From Lytechinus pictus (lineage: Eukaryota), in contig NC_087245.1 of the NCBI RefSeq assembly GCF_037042905.1, positions 6,450,001 to 6,514,000 on the forward strand: 64,000 nucleotides of DNA, in the 5' to 3' direction. A program made the position numbers and the translations under genes. Every line of letters starts with the position of its first letter. Positions within the stretch are counted from its first letter, which is position 1. Under the pieces are notes generated by a model, which worked only from the letters and a program-made list of their open reading frames with translations, was not told the DNA's origin and ran no database searches. Positions 55,501-61,500 of this stretch are shown piece after piece.

Positions 55501-58500
55501 AGTTATTATTATTATCATTATTATTATTATTATGATCACACATTATGTGTTAGTTCTGTACTTTCGAAAGTCATGGGTAATCACAGTTGGAGGTTTTTTT
55601 TAAGAGGGGTGCATTTGATACTTTCAAAGCCTGAAAAAATCCTCAGGTTAATTTATGAGTCTAGTTCCTTGTAATTTTACAGACCATCAAGCTGTACTTA
55701 CATACATTTATGTATATTCTATTCTAGCAATGGAAGCATTCTTGCAAACTTCACAGTCAACCTAGGTAGTTTGATAGAGAGTAATGATACTGATCCTGTT
55801 AAGTCTACCGCTGGATTAATAAGTAATTCAATCAACAAGGGAATTGAGGGTGGTTCATTTGGAGATTTGCCTGTTGTTTCTGGATCTTCTTCTATCCCAG
55901 CAGGTATGTTTTTCTCCACTATTGTAATAATGGCATAATGGTCTAACCATACTTTCCTATTATACAAATAGCGAATAGGCATGAGTGCGATGGTGCGAGA
56001 TTTTGAGTAAGGTTATACAAAGATGCTCTATTCAACGAGGGGGAGCCAAGTTGAATAGAGTTTCTGTCTCTTTTACTGAGTGTGAAATGTCGCACCATGG
56101 CACTAATAAGAATATTTGCCCTTTAATTGTGTTGAACAATGCCTCGGAAGTTAGCAAAAATACAAACGACGGTAATGTTAATCCATGAAAATAAGGAAAA
56201 CATTTGAAAAGCGATAAGTAGATTCCCTCAAATGTGAATCTGATTGGCAGCAGCTAAAGGGTATGTGCATTTCGCCAGTAAGCCCTACACGTATTGCACC
56301 TGCGTACAGTGCACTGAAGCATAATTTTTGTCTCGCCCACCAGAGGTGGAGGCGAGACTTGGGGATCCAAATGTCGTCCGTCACAAACCTGTAATGACAC
56401 ATAACTCCACAACCGTAAGTCACTTTTCAACCAAACTTAGATGGCAGATGGACTTGGGGGACCTGCATGTTATGCTGCAGTTTGAGGTCACATGGTAAGG
56501 TCAAAGGTCATTTTCAGGTCTACGTTGAAGTTTACATGCAAGACTCTCTTATGACACCTAACTCCACAACCGTAAGTCGCTTTTCAACCAAACTTGGATG
56601 GTAGATGGAATTGGGAGACCCGCATGTTATGCTGCAGTCTGAGGTCACATGGTAAGGTCAAAGGTCATTTTCAGGTCAACGTTGAAGTTTACATGCAAGA
56701 CTCTTATGACACCTAACTCCACAACCGTAAGTCGCTTTTCAACCAACCTTGGATGGCAGAAGGACTTGGGGGACCTGCATGTTATGCTGCAGTCTGAGAT
56801 CACATGGTAAGGTCAAAGGTCATTTTCAGGTCAACGTTAAAGTTTACATGCACGTCTCTCTTATGACACCTAACTCCCCAAGTATGTCGCTTTTCAACCA
56901 AAATTGGATGGTAGATGGACTTGGGGGACCTGCATGTTATGCTGCAGTTTGAGGTCACATGGTAAGGTCAAAGGTCATTTTCAGGTCTACGTTGAAGTTT
57001 ACATGCAAGACTCTCTTATGACACCTAACTCCACAACCGTAAGTCGCTTTTCAACCAAACTTGGATGGTAGATGGAATTGGGGGACCTGCATGTTATGCT
57101 GCAGTCTGAGGTCACATGGTAAGGTCGAAGGTCATTTTCAGGTCAACGTTAAAGTTTACATGCAAGACTCTCTTATGACACCTAACTCCGCATCCGTACG
57201 TTACTTTTGAACCGAACTTGGATTGTGGATGGACTTGGGGAACCTGCATGTTAGGCTGCAATCGGAGGTCACATGATAAGGTCAAAGGTCATTTTCAGGT
57301 CAACGTTGAAGTTTACATGCAAGACTCTTATGACACCTAACTCCCCAACCGTATGTCGCTTTTCAACCAAACTTGGATGGTAGATGGACTTTGGGGACCT
57401 GCATGTTATGCTGCAGTCAGAGGTCACATGGTAAGGTCAAAGGTCATTTTCAGGTCAATGTTAAAGTTTACATGCAAGACACTTATGACACCTAACTCCG
57501 CAACCGTAAATCACTTTTCAACCAAACTTGGATGTTAGATAGGCTTGGGGGACGTGCATGTTATGCTGCAGTCTGAGGTCACATGGTAAGGTCAAAGGTC
57601 ATTTCAGGTCAACGTTAAAGTTTACATGCACGTCTCTCTTATGACACCTAGCTCCGCAACTGTAAGTCACTTTTCAACAAAACTTGGATGGTAGATGTAC
57701 TTAGGCGACCTGCATGTTATGCTGCAGTCGGAGGTCACATGGTAAGGTCAAAGGTCATTTTCAGGTCAAACATTAAAGTTTACGTGCAAGGCTCTTATGA
57801 CAAGTGTTATTCCATCCCAGTCATTTCCCAATGAAGTTTCAATATAATTCTCTTGCGTGCCCTCGCAAATCACGATATTTCTGGTTATTTTCATAAGTGG
57901 GCGAGACACAAAATTGCTTTGCCTTGTTATGAAAAAACGTTGCATAATGGATGGTAAATGTGCAACGGTACAAATGTTTTGACATTTAGCCTCCCATTTG
58001 CTTGCTTGCAAGAAGCTAAGTAGGTGTTGTAAAATAGGGCATGTACACTATAACTGCATTTCTTTTTATTTCATGTTTAGTCTTTGCAATAGAATTGTAG
58101 CTGTCATAAATTGGCAAGATATTATTTTGGGTTTTTTTATCTTGACTTGTGTCCCACAGGTAGAATTTACCACACAATGGGAATATTTTACCTGAAAATG
58201 ATGATTGAGATGTTTCAAACAATACAGTACATGCTTCTTGATATTATTTTGCAGACACTGAGCCTCCAATTATCCGTAACTGTCCCGACCCGCTTCCTTA
58301 TTCAACTGATTTGGGCCAATATTCTGGTACTGCTATCTGGACAGTACCTATGGCTACTGATAACTTTGGGATCATTGACTCTATAGTTTCAAATTACAAG
58401 CCAGGAGATTCATTCCCTGTTGGTAGTACCTTGGTAACCTACACCTTTACAGATGCCTCAAGAAATAATGCTTCCTGTATTTTCAATGTCACAGTGAAAG

Positions 58501-61500
58501 GTGAGTGGCATTAATGGATTAAGTGGTATTTATGAATTTTAGTTGCATGAAAAATGTGAAGACAAAGATTTGGTGATGTGTGGTTTGAAGTTGTGAAACA
58601 CATATGCACATAGGGAACCAACACATTTAAATTTGGATAAATGAATTATTATGCGTACTATTGTATAGGTATTTTGTGCATATAAATCTAGAAAGGTACT
58701 AGCCACCTGGAAAAAAAGTACACTACATAACATTACCAAGTAAGCTTGATAGTAGCTGCATTGAATATTATTCAAGTTAGCCGTAAATATCTGCTTTAGT
58801 TAATGATAAAAACCATTTTCTTGGCAAGAGACTTGTTGCTTTTGCACCTAGGCTTTTACTTTGTTATTTGAAAAAAAAATAGTTATATCCATTTTGTATC
58901 ACTCTTTACATTTGAACTAGTAGATATACATGTATTATAACTCATCATAGAGGAACAAGGAACAATTAGGCTTCTGTTTCTATCAATATGATCGTCTTCA
59001 CTTTCTGCTGCATCTTGTTATGACCGGGTATCACAGAACTGAGTGACCTACAAGAATTTGTGATTTACATCCAGTAAAGATAGGTGCTGGAGACATGATG
59101 ACTTGATTATTTTCCAAATGAACTTCAAATTCACAATGCATCCATCTGAGAAGTGATGGTTATCTGACTTGACATTGGGAAGTGAATGTTGATTTTCATA
59201 TGTCATATACTTTTTTTTTCACAATTTTGACAATGAAATACTGGTACATATATCCTACAGATACCGAGGCTCCTGTTGTTAGTAATTGCCCAAGTTCGCT
59301 CACCTTCCAAGCTGACAATGGGCAGTCAATGGGAACTGCTATATGGTTATTGCCTACAGCATCAGATAACTCTGGTTTGAATGTTACAATGACATCAGAT
59401 TATGATTCAGAAGATTCCTTCCCTATTGGCAGTACAACAGTGACCATATCATTTGAAGATAGTTCAGGAAACACTGCTTATTGTAGTTTCAATATAACAG
59501 TTATTGGTGAGTACAGTAGAATAGACACTGATGTAGATCATGTATTCATTGGTGTTGAAAGGCAGTGCCTTATACATGTACCATAAAAGACTTAGTTTTA
59601 CAACTAAATGCAATTACATCTTATAGTATCATGGCATCTTGTTATTGTAAATAGTCTTCTCCTGTCACTTGATTTCCATGAACATAATGAAGTTTAATAA
59701 GATTTGAGGAATGCAATGTATTGCTTAATGTTACACTGCTTTAATGAGACAAGAAAAGGCAGATACCAATTTTGAGGCATGATGAATTTCTATAGGTGCA
59801 GTAGTTGGTATTGAGAGATCAGAAAGAGCCAACACGCTCTTTCAGATTTTAATACCGCCTATTAGAAATAACCCAGTTGTTTCTTATGCATTCCATCTTT
59901 CTACATCTGCGTTTAAGGCAAATTTCTTTGTCTTTTTTTCAATATTAGCAATGCGCCTTAACACCCTCAACATGTACCTTTGACTTAACATCTAAATGTG
60001 TATTATGACTAAATAAACCCATTCATAGACTTTGCCCTTTTGTAGGATGTATGCACATATATATATATATATTATATATATTTGTTAATAGGTAATGCAT
60101 CATTTACTGTTGATGGATCATTGACGATTGCTGGTATGTTCTCATCTGACCTGAATGACCCTACTACGGTACTCTACCAGAACACAGCTGGTGGTCTTGT
60201 TAAAGGAGTAAGTTGAAGAAGAAGACTAATTACCTACCATTGTGTATTAATAAGATATGTTTTATTCTTCTTTTATCTATCTAGTTTCTGTAAATGCAAA
60301 GAAATGTGATGCTACCTATGTGTTTAATATTTGCTTCTACAGAAATGAAAATACTGTTGTAGTTTTTGCATAAAATCCAGGAGAGAACATAAGTTTCTTT
60401 CACTCCCATGTAAAACTTCTGCAAAAATGATGAGGTACATGTACTATGATACCACAGTAGGCATGATAAGTTGGAAGAAGGATTTTAATGTTACAAATAA
60501 AACATGTGTGATATGTAAAAGATAAATGATATTTTAAAATCTGGATTTGCCTTTTATACGCCTGTCCTAGACGGGATGTATTATTATATGCCCGTCCTAG
60601 ATGGGATGTATTATGGTATAACGCTTGGTGTATGTCCGTCTGTCTGTCCGTTAACTTTTTCTTGTATTTTTGTAAATGCAATATCAATTTAACTTGACCT
60701 AGGCTCATATAATTTGGTGTGTATGATACTCGCATGGATCCCAGGAAGCCTATTGATTTTGAGGTCAAAGGTCAAGGTCACAGTGACATTTCATCCTACC
60801 CTTCTGAAGTCCTTGTTAGCACAATAACTTCAAGTTTAACTTAACCTAGGCTCATATAATTTGGTGCGTATGATACTAGAGTGGGTACCAGCATGGACAT
60901 ATTACAACTGGACATTCAACGAATCCCCTCCTTTGGGCCAAAGACCGTCACCGCTAATCCTTTTATAAACACAGTGCTGGCAGCTGACGCCCATCAAGCC
61001 AGTCGTACAACACGCTGTCACTAATGGACAGTGGAAATCAATTGTGCGCTGCTCCTACACATTGCGATGTTCTTCGTTCACTTTATCCAAAGCAGCACAC
61101 AGCAGCGAACGTTAGCGCTCTGATAATGATCACAGAAACAAGAAAACAGGTGTGCATAAACATATTTTTTACGTACATCGCTAACAACCGCTCACAAAAT
61201 GCATTGACATCACCGTGCAAATCAGTATATCTACAGCAAAAAAGCAGTTAGAATTCGATGGAGAAATGTGTAAAAAAGACGTTAAAAATGCATCTGTTTC
61301 GGACAGTACTGATGTCGATAGTCACGCTTACCTTCGATCAGAAGTTGATTTTCATTTGGCCGTAAAATTCCAGAGGATTGGCGAAATTTAATAGAAATTT
61401 TTTCTGATGATCGGTCTACAATTGCACAATATTGACAGCTTGAAATAATGTATTGAAAACCGGAAATAAATTGCGCATTGCATTATAGGTAATGCAGGGA

